From Rhizaria sp. SCN 62-66 (taxonomy: Eukaryota): a DNA stretch of 63,059 nt. The position numbers were made by a program, and so were the translations under genes. The stretch spans positions 1 to 63,059 of the forward strand of contig MEDY01000291.1 in assembly GCA_001724265.1 (NCBI GenBank), given 5' to 3'. Of this stretch, positions 1 to 11,844 are shown piece by piece (position 1 is the stretch's first letter; the number at the start of each line of letters is the position of its first letter). The notes beneath the pieces were generated by a model, which saw only the letters and a list, made by a program, of their open reading frames with translations, did no database searches and was not told the origin of the DNA.

Positions 1-520
1 GGTGAGGCACTGGGAGCCCTGAACGTCGTCAACCTTGAGCTTGAACTTGCGGAAGTCCTCGCCCTTGGGGTTGAGGTCGCCGAGGTTGGACTCGACGACG
101 CGGCCGAGGAGAGACTCGCGGGAAGTGCGCTGGCCGATGGTCTTGGTGGCAGGGGTGATGCCAACGACGCGCTTGACGAAGTAGTTGGGCGCCTTGATGG
201 TGAACCACTCCTTGCGGGTGAAGGGGTCAACACTAGACAAAGCGAAGGAGAGAGGGCAGAACAGAATTGTGGCAGAGTAGGAGGTGATGAGCTATAAGTT
301 CAAAGGACGTCGTGGAATCGGTCACGAGTGATGCGAACGGGACCAGAGATGGTGGAATGCTGGTGCAGTAAGCTGCATACGGAGTGGGTACCGCGGACTG
401 CGGTTTGGGGAGAGAGTGAGGAGGATATGGGAGAGTGGGAAGGAGTAAAACGTACATCTTCTTGTTGCCCTTCTTGCCCTTCTTGTTAGCACCGGCGCCA
501 GCCTTCTTATCGACCGCCAT
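1..520 (-). CDS. RPS3A: 40S ribosomal protein S3a (eS1), 3' part outside window
   Basis: Exon 1 is 520-456 (MAVDKKAGAGANKKGKKGNKK), intron 455-233 (GTACGT..TAG), exon 2 is 232-<1. Exon 2 reads VDPFTRKEWFTIKAPNYF...GRVVESNLGDL...EDFRKFKL...VQGSQCLT, the typical eS1 N-terminus. Confidence 0.96.
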
Positions 521-1223
521 GGTCTACTGCGATGAGGAAAGATCAAGTGGGGAGAGAAGAGGGTGAGCGAGACTCTGAGGAAGCTTGATCGCGTCTTTAC
601 GACCGATACGAAATAGCACAAATTGAAATTTAGTTAGTATACTGAGTGTTGTATAAATGAAGTATACACAAAACGACATGACATGTCAGTATAGTTGATA
701 ATTCGTTGATAAAGTTCGCGGAACTGTGATCAAACCAAGCTGGGCTGGAGGGAAATTACTTTCCGCATTTTCTGCGAACCCCTCAGATGGGGGCCGAAAA
801 ACCGACGACAAGCGCGCAGCTGTTCCCAAGATCCACCGCAGTAGTATGAAGTCCCCTGTTCATTACCTAATGTGTCTTCGCTATATATATTTAGAAAACA
901 CACGGTGTGCTATATTGAGGCTTTTATATCAATCAACTGTGCGCATGCCCAATACTCCATTTCCTCTCCCAAGACTCGACACGTCCTTTCCTGCGCGCAC
1001 TCACGTCTCTCTCTCTATGCAATTTCGTCACAAGCTTTCATCGGCACAGTCTCCACGTATTGGTCACGTTTGGACTCACAATGAGAGATTGAACGTCTAT
1101 CTGTTTTCGGAGCCCCACAATGTATTGACAAGCAGGATAGGGCCTCACCCAAAACATCTTTACCCCAAACGAAGACACATATTTTGTTTCTTACTTCATA
1201 TCGAGAGAAACCAACTAGCCCTC

Positions 1224-4200
1224 TTAAGCCACCCTCAAGATTGTGGCCAAGTGCTCGAGTTCACTTGCATCGTTGACCTCGGCAAACCCTGTCTGCAGCC
1301 CGCACACGACGGCGCCGCCGCTTTGGGTGCCCACCACAACGATCTCGCCGCCGCCCGCGCCCTGCCCAGCGCCCGGGGCGCCCGCGAACGCAATGCCGAC
1401 CACGGCGCGCTCGCTCGCCAGCGCGGCGCTCCCCGCGTTCGCGGCCAGAGCAGTGCTGCCGCTGCTGGCTACGGCCTGCGCGCGGTCGCTGGCGTTGATG
1501 ACGGCCAGCGGCGACAGCGTGCTCTTAGCGAGGTCGATCACGGCCACGCGGCCCGCGGCGTCGCCGACTACGAGCACGGACGCGCGCGTCGGAGACCACG
1601 CGACCGCCGTGAGCACCCCGGCCCCACAGTCACCGGAACCGTTGGTACCCGCGCCCGCGCCCGAGAGCGGCTGGAGGAGGACCGAGGGCTGGATGGCGCC
1701 GGTGGAGAGGTAGTGCGCCCACCGAGCGCGGTCCGCAGCAGTGTCGTCGCCGTCGCCGTCGTCACCGCCGGCGCCGCTCGCGGCCGCGGCGGCAGTGCCG
1801 TGGGTCGAGAGGCGGAGCGGGATGACCGTGAGCGCGAGTACGCCGTCGCTGCCCACAGTCGCCAGCACCCCCGCCACGCGGCCGAACGGCGACCCCGCGG
1901 CCGCGTCGCCCGCGGCCGCCGCGGCGGCGAAGTCCGCGGGGGGGACAACCGGGGTAGACTCGCCGTCAGCGGCGCCGGCAGCCGCGGCGATTTGCTGCTG
2001 CCGCTGCAGTGGCTGCTGGGGACAGAGCAGGGGCGAGAATGCGAGCGCGGTGACGGGCCCGTCGTGGCTGTACGCGCATGCCGCGGTGCGCGATGGTGCG
2101 AGCAAGGCCCACGTCGGCACGGAGAAGGAGGACAGCAAGCGCGGGGCGATGCGCAGGACCGAGAACAGCTCCAGGGGCGTGATCGGGGTCAGGTCGGCGC
2201 GCTTCGAGAGCTCGTTCTCGAGTACACGCTAGAACATATATGAATTGCAAATACGAATTGTAAAAATATCAGAGACATGAGAATAAAAAGAAAATACATG
2301 TAATCAATGCACAAATAAACAAGGAAAAACATATTTCACGATGAATATAGTTGTTTTTCATTATGTAGCGACAGTGTGCAATATCATTACTTCGTACCTT
2401 GAGTTCGCTGCGGTGTTCAGCCGGACTGGCCTCGAGCAGCGCCACGGTAGCCGGCGCCCAAGGCAGCTTCCCGCCGCACACGCTCTTAGCGAAGGCGCCG
2501 GGCCCCAGGTATGCGCCGCCGGCGACGGGCGCGACGGCGGCGGCGGCGGGCAGCGCGATGAGCAGGACGCCGCCGGCCTCGGTGCCCACGGCCGCGATGG
2601 CGCTCTGCGCGCGCAGCGTGCCCGCCACGACCGCCGCCACGCGCGCCAGCGCGCCGCCGCCGGCCGCGTGACCGCCCGAGGCGCCGGAGCCTGCGGCCGT
2701 GGTCGCGGCGAGGGCGAGCGCGGTGTCGTAGGCCGGCAGCGGGGCGAACGCGAGGGCCGTGGCGCCGAAGAAGGTCGTGCTCTTGTTCATGCCGTTGACG
2801 AAGCCGTTCCCGCCGCCGAACTGGCCGCTGCTGCCCGAGCCGCCCTCGTCAAAGTCGTCGCCGTAGCCGTCGTCATTGTCGACGCAGTTGCTCGCAAACT
2901 TAGAAGATGCGCCGCCAAACGCCTTGGGCTTGGCCGACGATGCGAACGCACTGCCACTGTCGCCGCCGAGGTCGTCATCAAGGTCGCCGAGGCCGCCGCC
3001 GTGGCCGAACGCGTCACCGCCCTCGACGCCCCAGTACCCCAGCCTGGCTCCCGCCCCCGCGCCCGCGGCGACGGCGACAGCGGGCGCGACGGCGGGGTTG
3101 GGCGCGAGGCCGGGCGTGAGCGCCGCGCCCACTGACCAAGTGCGCAGTCCCAGGGTGGCGTCCCAGAGCAGCACGCGGCCGTCGCCGCCGGTGGAAGCCA
3201 GCAGGCACGGCGACGACAGTGCGCCGCGCGCCAGCAGCGCGGGCGGCAGCGCGCGCGCGTGCGGGGCGAGTGGCGCCGCGGACGGAAGAGGCGCCCAGGC
3301 GAGCGCCGCGACGGGCTCCCGGTGCGCCAGGTCGTCTAAAGGGGAGGACAAGTCTAAAGGGGGCAAGGACGCGAAGTCGAGGAGGCGGACCTCGCCGTTG
3401 AAGAGCCCCACGGCCAGGAGCGTGGGGAACGTCGGGTGGAAAGCCAACGCCGTCGCACAACAGGGGAGCGGAAACGACACCAAGCTAGAGCTCGAGCTCG
3501 AGCTCGAGCTAGATCCTGAGCTGGAGCTAGAGCTCGTGGAGCTCAGCGCAGACTGGCTGTTAGAATCGCTGGCGTCAGCAGTGCTGTCCAGTTTGGACTC
3601 ACTCCTGTCTTTAGGACCGCTCGCGGCGGAGCTGCCGTGGATCGAAGTGACCGTGAGCAGCGACTTGTGCTCGCACCAGCCCGTGTGGTCGCAGTCGCCG
3701 TACGCGACGGCGACAAGCCCGCCCGTGGCGTTCACCGCCGTGGCCGCCACCGTGCGGCTCACCGCGGCCACGCCCACAGCCGCGGCGTCCGCATGCTTCC
3801 CGCTGACACTCTGCTGATGTTGCTGCTGTTGCGGCGCGGCTGGGAGGATCACGGCGCCCACGGTCACGGCGCCGTCGTCAACGCCACCCGCGCCGGCCAG
3901 CCCCGCGGCCGCGGCGGCCGCCCCGCGCCGCGCCGCGCGCCCGCGCTCCTGTTGCTGGAGCTCGCGCAGCACGAGCGGCCTGATCGCGGTGAGGAAGTTG
4001 CCCAGCCGACCCGAGGACGCGGCCTGCGCGGCAACCGTCGCGGCCGCGGCGACGCGAGACGGCAGTGTGTCCGCCGAGGCCGTCTGGGTGGGCGTCGTGG
4101 CGAGGACCGCGGTCTGCGTCGACGCGGTGGTCTGGGCGGCGGCGGCGGCGGAGGCGGCGGCAGCGGAGATTGCGGGGTCGGGCTGTGTGGAGGCGTCGCG

Positions 4201-4463
4201 AGATGACTGTTTGATTGGAGAAGAGCAAAGAAAAGCCGCAAAACACAACGTGATTAGGTAATTCATGTTAGCTGAAGCGTGGCGGTAGAGCGACTGCCAA
4301 TATATCATTGATTTTATCGAGATATACGATGAATTGGATGGTAGCCGTTGGAGTGTGCTGAGGCGACTAGGGAGGATGGACGTACTGTGGGGCCCTTGGT
4401 AGAGGGCAGGATTGATGCAGAAAGCAACGGGAGGTCGCCAAAATCAGCGGCAAAGTCTGCCAT
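1224..4463 (-). CDS. WDR34: WD40 protein, dynein-2 intermediate chain WDR34/DYNC2I2 (FAP133)-like, ~963 aa
   Basis: Exons 4463-4386, 4206-2398 and 2228-1224 (GTACG..AG introns, frames join). N-terminal STQ/TQT light-chain-binding-like motifs, FLxxIxPLVLREL, VAVAYGDCDHTGWC, FHPxxPTLLAVGLFNGEV and AVAWSPTRASVL match WDR34-type intermediate chains. Stop is TAA. Confidence 0.75.
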
Positions 4464-4987
4464 TGTCAATCTGCGACTGACAGCAATGCTGAGCTGATGC
4501 TGGTGTGCCGCCGAGGAGAGAGTGCTGCGTTTTTCACACAATGCAATCAGGCAACAGACAAGTAGAGATATCGTAGTGTATACAGATTGTGAGATAGTGC
4601 GACAAATGAATAATACAAAAAACAGCACAAAATATTCCTACAACGAGTGGGTGTGCTACTGACGGATAGTTGATGTCAGGCCAGATCGTGAAGATTTGCT
4701 GCATGTTCAAATTTAGAACGGGCACGAGACAGGAGCCACCCAGACCACAAGCCATATACGGTATAACATGCATTAATTCGAATTATACCAGGGTATGCTG
4801 CATTAATTTAACGCAAAATGTACGTTTCTATATTCATATCTTGACGGAGCCTTGTCTAACCCCTGTGTCACTATCCTTAATGTCTTAGTGCCTTCCCGCG
4901 CAAGCGCTCCCGTTCAGATCAGCCGTCTCTGAGTCACCCACCGCTCGCGCCAGTGCCAGCCCCGCTGCGCACGCTTGCACGCACGTA

Positions 4988-7900
4988 ATGGCAACCTCCG
5001 GCGGTAGCTCGTACCGCCGTCTGGGCCTCGGCCGGCCCGAGCAGACGGGCCGCACGCAATACGAGACGCGCGTCGCCAGCCTCCTGGGCCAGCTCGTCGA
5101 CCGCGAGCTCCCGCACCTCGTACGTCCGCAAAAACGCTGTGCATTGTGTTATACACACGCTATATTCCTTCACTTGTGTTATCCTGCTATGTGTGTGTTG
5201 CTGTATTGCTTTCTGCCTCGTTTGCCTGAGATATCCGTTCTCACACTCTGTATCACCGTCGCACCATCATCGCTTGCTTCTCGCCCCCCGACAGTCTGAC
5301 TCAGATTACCTCGCCTACGTGCACCGCGCCACCGCGCCCGTGCTCGCCGTGCCGCGCCTGTCCCTGCCACCGCTGCAGCGCGATAACGACGTCAACGTCG
5401 CCGAGGCCGCCGAGGCCATGACCCACCACGGCCGCGCCGCCGCCGCCGCCGCGCTGCGTTCACTCATCGCGCGCGCGCGCGCCAGCAACGGCGCCGCGGC
5501 CGCCCACTCCGCCGCCGCGGCCGAGTGCGGCCCCGCGAGCCGCGACGTGAAGCCTCCGGGCTCGAAGGAGGGCGTTGACGCTGCCGAGTCGCCGTCTAAG
5601 GGGCTGGAGTACTTAGAGTCGGCTCTCTCGCTGCTGTTCTCGCTGGCACTGACGTACCAGGAGGCCGGGGCGGACGGCGACCCCGCGACGGCGCCGCTGC
5701 CTGCCGTGCGGCCCGGCGCGGCGGTCGCGGCCGAGAGCTTGGGCCGGGACGACAGGTTCCCCACCGGCTTCGCGGCGCAGTCGCAGCAACCGCGGCAGCG
5801 GAACGATCACGCAGAGCACGTGCAGTCGCGGGCGGAGTCGGAGGCTCGTTTGTTGATGTCGCTGCAGGAAGAACTTAAGCAGGTTGTTCAGCAGGAGCTG
5901 GATGACGATGCTGATGAGGCCGCGGCGAATGCGAGTGAGGGCATTGAAGATGACAATGACGATGGCGATGGCAATGCGGACACAACCCGCGTTTCTGTGC
6001 AACAACATTGGCAGCAGCAATTGCATTCAGAGATGCAGCAAATGCAATGCCCAGAGTCACCGTCGCTGCCTTCAATCATGTCATATCTGTTCCCTCATTT
6101 GGCCCACGATCTCGGCCAACAACAGCAACAAAGTCAGGAGTCTCCCTCTGCTCACAGTCATCCAGACCCGACTGTCGTCGAGACGGTGACTGTGAGCGAG
6201 GTTGTAAACAACGTAGGATCAGCGCTCGGCCTCCTCTGGGGTGGCACGCCCCCGATGTACTCTCAGTCGCCGGACTCGTACTGCTCGCCATCACCACCCA
6301 GCTTGCAGTCGCGAGAGACTGCGACTGCGGACCCGTGGGCGGCAGCTGCTATTTTAGCCACGCCGCCGCCGCCGCCGCTGACACAGCTACCGCTTACGCT
6401 GCCTTCGTTGTTTCTCTCCGAGCAAACAGATGCTGATCGCGCCTGTGACGTCGTAAGTATCGAGTGGGACAGCACAACACACAAATACGCACGCGTCTCT
6501 TCTGCGACTTCGCCGGAAGGTTTGTACGCACCTGGTCGGAGTGCGTATACGATCCCGCTTGCGTCTGCGCACGGAAGCGCGATTAACGCGTTTCTGACGC
6601 TCGCGTCGCGCCGTGCCCGCATCGCCGCGATGCTCACTGCCATCACGGCCGCCGCGACGGAGCCGTCGGGGAACGATGTTGAGCTCTACACCGACGATGT
6701 CGCTGTTAACGGTGTCAACATTTCACGTTTACTGTGCGTGCCTGCGGTTGCTGCGACCGCGGCTACGCTAGCGTCCGCTCTCGCGATCGCGGACTCGGCA
6801 GTGCTCACGACCCTGTTTGCGCTGTCGCAGCGGCTGCGTCCCGAGGCTGCTGCCACGGCCACGAACAGTTCCGTCACAGACAACACGGATGAGTCAACGG
6901 CTGTTGCAGTTGCAGCCACCAAGGCAGAAGCAGCAGAGGTTGTCGCCTGTGGCTTGATCGAGGCCTGTCAGATGGTGACGCGTGTCATGAACGTCATTGA
7001 ATCTGCAACCGACGCTCTCACACACGCCGTTGCTGTCACTGATGCTACCACTGATCTTCCCGCTAACAGCAGCGGCCGCGAGAGAATCTGTGCGTGCGAG
7101 GCGTCGCTGCGGGCTGTGCGCGCTCTCTACCTGGCCACGGTTGCGATCGCGCGCGTTCACAGTACAGTGGGCAGTGATGTGAGTTCGACTAATCTTACCA
7201 ATAACGAGAGTGGAGTCGCACGTGTGCTTTACGAGGGCTTGTCGAACGCAGTAACCACCGCCGTTGCGACAGCGATGCCGATGGTTGTTGACGCCCTCTC
7301 TTCGACAAACAATGCAGCACTTAGCTCTAGTCAAGACAACACTGGCCTCGTCGCGAACAGTCACGCGGTTGTGGATGCTGTTGCTGACGTGTGCAACGTC
7401 GCCACCCGAAATGCTTGCAATGGTGACAGCGACGTGCTGCTGTCTGTGAGGTCACGTTTGCGGTCCTTCTTCGCCCGCGCCACCGCGCCAGCTTCTGCGA
7501 CTGCGGACGCTGCTGCGACGATTGCGGATGATACGGACACAGGGTTTGCTTCTGGGTGTCTTTGCTACGGACACAGTGCGCGCAGTCACGCTGAGAATAC
7601 GCTGCCGCTGTTGTTTAATGAGTCGCTTGCCCTCGCGGCCTCGGGCGCACTGAGTCGCCTAACACAGGGCGACCCGCGCCCTGATTTCGAGCTTCAGCCA
7701 TATGTCAGTGAGAGTTGTGCTCCCGACTTGTCGGTCTCGCATTCGAGCAGCGTGTTTGATTGTGACTCTGCCCGCTACGTACCGCCTTACGTCATCATGG
7801 GCACTGTGCACTCAGCTGTCGTCGCGAAACTCGCAGGAGCGCCGGCCGCTCTGCAACAGAACGTGCTACGCGGAGCCAGTGCGAGCGCGACTGCGCATGC

Positions 7901-10762
7901 GATGGGGTACCTCCAACAAGGTGGTGATTTCTTGCAATGCAACACCAATCCGCACACAGCTGGGTACTTTGACTGTGACCAGTCTGGCCATGTGCAGCAT
8001 CAACACACACATGTGAACACTGTGACAACAGCTCCGATGGCGGGTCGTCCGTTTCTGCTCCACGTGGCATCTGTCCTTGCAATCGCTCTCCCGTCTCTGT
8101 TTCCAGTCGTTTTGACGGCATCGGCGACTGGCAGCAAGAGTCATCAGGGCAGCGGCACTCACTGTGCGAGTGGCGCAAGCGATCTCGGCGTTGTCCCGAC
8201 TGTTGTTGTGAACGTCGGCACTGCTGCAAAACGTCGCTCAGTGAAGAACCGCACTGTCGGCAATCAGTTCAACGACACCGGTGATGACGACGGGAAACTC
8301 TTTTCTTACTCCGACTCTGACTCGGAGTCAGACTTTGACCTTGATACCAGCAACACCAACGCTAATATTCAGCATCCGCCCCAGCCTGTACCTGTACCTC
8401 GCGGTTGCCTTGGTGCGCTCTCCCAGACTGGCCTCGCCAAAGCGACCGTGAGCGCCGCTGTCTCCGTGGCCCGTAGCGCGGCCGGCAGCGTGGCCGCAGC
8501 GGGCACTGGGAAGGGCTCTCTCGCGGCCGCAGTGTCCGCGCTGATTGAGGCGAACGAGGCGGGCGTGCTTAAACCAGTCGGCGGGGCACTTACATCCCGT
8601 GATGACGGTGGGCAGAAGACGGGCGACTGTGACCAATGCGCTGCTCCAGTCTGCATGTGCCAGGGCCCAGTGCTATCACAAAGGGGCAACGTCGATGGTA
8701 ATGCGAGTTTGCAGTCGTACTCCGACTCTCGTGCTCCAGTGTCTCCGTTTGACCCCAGGCTGGCATCGCTCGCGCTGACACTCAATTTTCCGTCGACGGC
8801 AGTCTTCATTGACTCAAGCTCCTACGCAGCGGAGAGCAACATGGCTGCTGCAACACTGCAATCGGCAACGTGCCGCCTTGCCCCCGCTTTCGCTCACGGT
8901 CTCTTCGCCCGCCGCCCCCCGCTGCCCACGGTCGTCCTGCCCCGCGTCATCAACCCGCAGTCTCAGGACGGTAGCAGCAGCAGCGGCGGCGCGCATGTGA
9001 CCGTGGACGTGCCGCTGTCGCTATACTCGTACCGCCGGTCGCGCATGCCGCCCCCCGCTGCGGCGGCCGCCGGCGCCCCCCGTCAGGGCAGCGGCCAGAC
9101 CGCGGCCGCGGCGGCGGAGACCGACCCGGACACATCGGCCATCGCCGGCTTCGCCACCGCCTTCGGTACGCACACTGCTCGCGTCGCCGCAAACGTGAAC
9201 GCCAACAGTCGTCTGTCGAAAACGGCGACTGCGACGGCGACTGCGCCTGCGGGTGTGGTTTTGGCGACCGCGACTACGGCGGCCGTAGCTGTGATCCGCG
9301 CCCCGGCCCCCGTCGCCCCGCCGCCGACGCGCCCCGCCGTGCTCGTGCACTCGTCCAAGGCGGCGCTCACCCCGTCTAAGGGGGCCGCGGCCAGGGTCAG
9401 CGCGCCGCGGCTGGTCGCGGTGCCACCCCCGCCGGCGCCCGCGCTGCGACTGGCGACCGTGGCGGCGGCGTGGACCGCGGTCGATGGCACTGCTGCGGCG
9501 GCGATCTTAACATCACCACTCGCGTCACACGCCACGAGCGCGATCAACAACCCTGCAAGTGCGTCTGGCGATCCGCTCACGGTCACGCTTTGTCTTGCTT
9601 CCTCGCGTCAGCAGCAACGGTCACAGGCCGAATCAAGTTCGCAGCTGCCGCATCACGCCACTGCTGCGTTGACTCAGATTATGCGTCTTAACTTCTCGCT
9701 CGCACGCGCCCGACGTGCCCTGACAGCGGCAGCGCCGGAACGCGCGTTATTGCGTCTCGGCCGCGCTCGCGGCCGCACTGCGACGTCAACGGCTGCAAAC
9801 AGTTCTCGCACTGTTGGCTCTGTGGATGCAGGCGCGAAGTTCGGCTCGCCTATTGCCCACGGCCGCAAGAGCGGTGTCCAGCAACCGAAGTTAAGCCGCG
9901 GCGAGCGCCACGCCAACTCTATCACGAGCCAGTTGACGCGCACTGAGGAGCTTTTCGCCGCTCTGGCCCACGCGGCGAGCACTGTGATTAGCATCGTCGA
10001 GCAGCAGTGGCTGCCGTGGGCTGTGGCGGAGCCCGTGAGGGCGTTCCTGGCCACGGTGGCACCTGGCGGCACCGATGTAGACCCAGTGAGCTCTCAGTCC
10101 CTTCCTGGCCTGTCGGCCTTGTTTGCCCTTGCTGGCTTGGACTCCGATAACAGCAACGCCAAAAGCAGTGTTTTAATCCGTGGCGCCCCTACTGTCAGTC
10201 ACTTGCCGCAGTCTCTGTCGGAGTATCTTGCAGCCGCTGATGATCTCGTGAACGCGATTGCGCAACGCATGTTGTGCTCTGCTGAGGAAGAGGTTGTCGT
10301 GCACACACTGACTACAACAGCTGCCGACTCACATATACTGCCTCAGACCCAGCCGCCGACGCATGCTCAGTCACCTACGCCTGCGGCACCGCCGTCATTG
10401 TCTCTCTCTAGTGCCACTGCCCTCGGCCCCTCAGCCTCCGCCCGCACTCACCTGGCTACTCTCTGCAAGCTCTGCGTCGAGCTCGAGCTCCTACGCGGCC
10501 TAACTTCCGCGCTGCACCGCTACGCTTACAGTCACCGCGCGGTGTGGGCGCGGCACGACCTTGCCGTAGCCACAGCCGAGGCCGAGGCCGACGCGGAGGC
10601 CGATGCCGAGACGGCGGCGAGCGCTCGCCGCATCGCAGTTGCCGCTGCTACTACTGTGCGCAAACAGAGGCTGCAGGCGCTGCGCTCCAGCCTCTTGCAC
10701 GCGCTCACGGCTGTTGTTGGGCGCGACACTGCGGCAGCACTGCTACCTGTCACGAACGACTG

Positions 10763-10801
<39 letters not shown>

Positions 10802-11132
10802 GAAGCAGGCGAAGTCGAGAGTGGTCGCCCGTGAGCGCGAGTCCAAGCCTGAGGCCGAGACTGAGATCGTCGGTGTGTGCGCTGTCGTGCGCGCAGTGCT
10901 GCTTGACCTGCGCTGTGACTGGATCTACTCGGTGCAGGGACTCGTGCGCAACATGGAGGAGGTTGCAAATAGCGTCGTGGTGACCCTGAGCAACAATGGC
11001 GCAGACGCTTACAGTCGCGGGCACGCTCGTGGTCAGTGTCAGCAACAGCTGTCGATGACGGGACTCGCGAACTTGGCGCAGATGATCGATTTTAGTGGAT
11101 TTTATCAAGATTCCATTGTGGATATGGACTAA
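4988..11132 (+). CDS. Very divergent gamma-tubulin complex component (GCP/Spc97-Spc98 family)-like protein, ~1989 aa
   Basis: Exons 4988-5119 and 5295-11132 (intron GTACGT..CAG). GRIP2-like blocks occur in the expected order: GYLQQGGDF, LALTLNFPS, QIMRLNFSLARARRAL, SLSEYLAAADDLVNAIAQRML and C-terminal LANLAQMIDFSGFY (cf. LxxRLDFNxYY). Long Ala/Ser-rich inserts separate them. Stop is TAA. Confidence 0.55.
10766..10797 (+). repeat. (CAG)n poly-Gln tract within the GCP-like CDS
   Basis: Run of about 10 CAG units seen directly. Confidence 0.9.
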
Positions 11133-11844
11133 AAGAATGAAGTTACTCTAGGTTAAACTCTTTCTGTTATGAAGGAGTGTTACATAGCACCGCAAACCAA
11201 TACAACATACTTCCAGTTGTCATTCAGTAAATACGAGTCCTCGAGGGCCAGACTTAACATCACAACACCAATTGCATGAAAACAAACTAAGACAGACGGA
11301 AAGCAACGATACGGGAGGGTGAGGACTGGTTGGAACCACTGGGATAGGGAGGCGCAGGTCCGAGTTGGCAAACATGAAAGGGCATTAGAAGAGAAATAAC
11401 GAGTCAACTTGAAAGAACGAATGACATTACAAACCAAACACGGGACGATAATTAGTACGATCTAATTACATTGCTGTATTTCGATGGGAATACCTAAAGC
11501 TATTGATTTTCATTGTTTTGCTCAGTGGTTGGCTAACGACTGGCTCTTCCAGGTCCCCGACGCCTATATCAGACAAGCATATTCTCAATCAAAGTCCGAT
11601 AGATCGCAGCCGTGTGGGGATGTATTAATAAATGGGTAGTTTTATACCTCGTCTTCAAATTATTTGTTCAGTGGACACGTTTGTCTTGTCATATCTATCG
11701 CTTCTCAACCTGTCGTATCTCGCCGATCTCTAACAACGCGTGTCACCCTTTGCCCCCATCACAGACCCACTTCTACCGCGTGCAACTCCCTGTCATCCTA
11801 ACATCAAGAGTGTCAGTTACAGCTTGCGTCTCTTCCTGCCCCCA

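Noticed and set aside
233-455. Possible snoRNA in the RPS3A intron
   Set aside because: No C/D box pair on the sense strand and no convincing H/ACA architecture by eye.
726-2243. 505-aa plus-strand ORF and the many other long overlapping or antisense ORFs
   Set aside because: These are shadow ORFs of GC-rich coding sequence with no recognisable motifs; the opposite strand or frame holds the real gene.
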